DNA from: Eledone cirrhosa
Lineage: Eukaryota
DNA length: 64,000 bases
Assembly: GCA_964016885.1 (NCBI GenBank)
Contig: OZ024758.1
Location: 496,001 to 560,000, forward strand
Direction: 5' to 3'
Shown here in pieces: positions 61,821-64,000 of the stretch. Each line of letters opens with the position of its first letter. Position 1 is the stretch's first letter. The notes beneath the pieces were generated by a model. That model was not told the DNA's origin, ran no database searches, and saw nothing but the letters and a program-made list of their open reading frames with translations. Made by a program: the position numbers and the translations under genes.

Positions 61821-62239
61821 TCAACAAGATGCCCTTAAATTTAGGTCAGCTCACATGGCAAGGGCTGAAAATCTTTCAGAATATTTGGATCAACTGATAG
61901 ACGTTCGCTCCCTTGGGTTGTAATACTCATTTGCAGCTTGTAATTGCAAGGATAATATGAAGAGATTTGTACGATCCGAAATTGCTTGCACATACATACG
62001 TGCGTGCGTACATACATACATACATACACATACACTCACACATATATATGATTATGTATTGTATATATGAATATATTTATGTATGTATAGGAGCGTGTGT
62101 GTGTATGTAGATATGTATGCATTTGTATGTTTAAAAAAAATATTTTTATGGTTATACATATGATTACATATAAAGATAGTGGTAGAGAGACTTCTTACTA
62201 TCTCATTCTCACTGCCCACTCTCCCTTTCTCTCTCGATA

Positions 62240-62283
<44 letters not shown>

Positions 62284-62294
62284 TATATATACAC

Positions 62295-62327
<33 letters not shown>

Positions 62328-62340
62328 TATATATATATAT

Positions 62341-62387
<47 letters not shown>

Positions 62388-62554
62388 TATATATATATAT
62401 ATATACACACACACATATATATATATACACACACATATATATATATATATATACACACACACATATATATATATATATATACACACACATATATATATAT
62501 ATACACACACACATATATATATATATATACACACACATATATATATATATACAC

Positions 62555-62585
<31 letters not shown>

Positions 62586-62705
62586 TATATATATATATTT
62601 ATACACACATACACATATGTAAATATACATATATACACACATATACACATATGTAAATATATATATATATATATATATACAAATATATATATATATACAC
62701 ATATG

Positions 62706-62756
<51 letters not shown>

Positions 62757-63247
62757 ATAAAACCAAAACACAGTTAAAATGACAGAGAGCGCTATTCATT
62801 AAATCTGCGAAAATATCAAACACACTTGAAAATCTAAGTTGTGAGATTTCACTTTAAAGGAACGATTATAGTTAGAAAATACGTTTTAAGTACTCTTTTA
62901 CAGTGTTATCATTGATAAACCTTCTCTGCGTTAACATCAATGAGGCGCTTTTTTGTTTTCACCTAATTTTTTAGTGTTTCTACTTGTTTCTATATTTGTT
63001 TCATCATTTTGGAAATTGACTCATTTTCTCTGCCTTTCTATCACTCTATCATTCTATATATCTCTATCTATGAGTGATATATAGTATGTTTATTTATGTC
63101 TTTCTCTCCTCATAATAACACACGGACACATACGTGTGTATGTGCACGCTTACATTTCTGTATATGTATGCATGGACGTATCTTCCTATCGATAGATCCA
63201 TTTGTGGGTGTATCTATCTATCTATCTATCTATATATATATTTTTGA

Positions 63248-63312
<65 letters not shown>

Positions 63313-63376
63313 ATATATATATATATATATATCAATATATATATACATATGTGTATATGTGTATATGTGCGTGCAT

Positions 63377-63412
<36 letters not shown>

Positions 63413-63456
63413 CAATATATATATACATATGTGTATATGTGCGTGCACACACACAC

Positions 63457-63513
<57 letters not shown>

Positions 63514-64000
63514 CGCGCGCTTGCGTTCATAGAATGCATATGTATAAAACTGTCATGGTGTCATAATATATATATGTGTATAACACATAAATACATGCAC
63601 AGGAGCATGTGTATACATCAACATACCTAAACACACACATGTCCATACATACATTCTCTAGTCACTAAATAACCGAAAAAAGAAGCAGTGTATATCCTTT
63701 ACAGAATACTAAGATAGTCACACTCAGGAGTGGCCTGCAGGAAAAAATTAAATGATTTAAAATATAGTTATCTTAAAAAATTAATTGCTTATGTGTAAAG
63801 TCGTGAATGTTTCTTCTTGTCCAATATAGTTTAAACAAAATATCTAGTAGTGAAAAAAAACAACAAAACAAACTACAATATACATAACAATAAGGAAAGA
63901 AATAAAAGAGGAAAATATGAAAAGGAGTAAGAAAAAAGGGAATTAAGCAACGAATAGTTAATTACAAGACATTAAAATATATGAGATTTATTACTTCCTG

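Overview
Eukaryotic, very AT-rich and microsatellite-saturated DNA ((TA)n, (CA)n, (TATG)n, (GA)n, (TAC)n). The composition and SINE content suggest a mollusc, probably an octopus; this is inference. Almost all listed ORFs are microsatellite artefacts. The only convincing host-gene coding sequence is a 242-bp exon (58378-58619, +) encoding LIM domain 1 of an Lhx2/9 (apterous) LIM-homeodomain gene. The rest is non-coding DNA carrying tRNA-derived SINEs, mariner- and hAT-like MITEs, RTE and R4/Dong-type LINE remnants, and a decayed Penelope-like (PLE) reverse transcriptase. The most striking structure: many short unique 'islands' between (TA)n tracts carry type-I hammerhead ribozyme folds (6 clear folds, about 8 degenerate or partial), most with a minimal palindromic stem III. 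Many of the islands are also fold-back (inverted) duplications, and three have 15-18 nt spacers. Together these point to several families of (TA)n-associated, ribozyme-carrying, PLE-mobilised mini-elements around a developmental gene. All folds, alignments and translations were done by eye.
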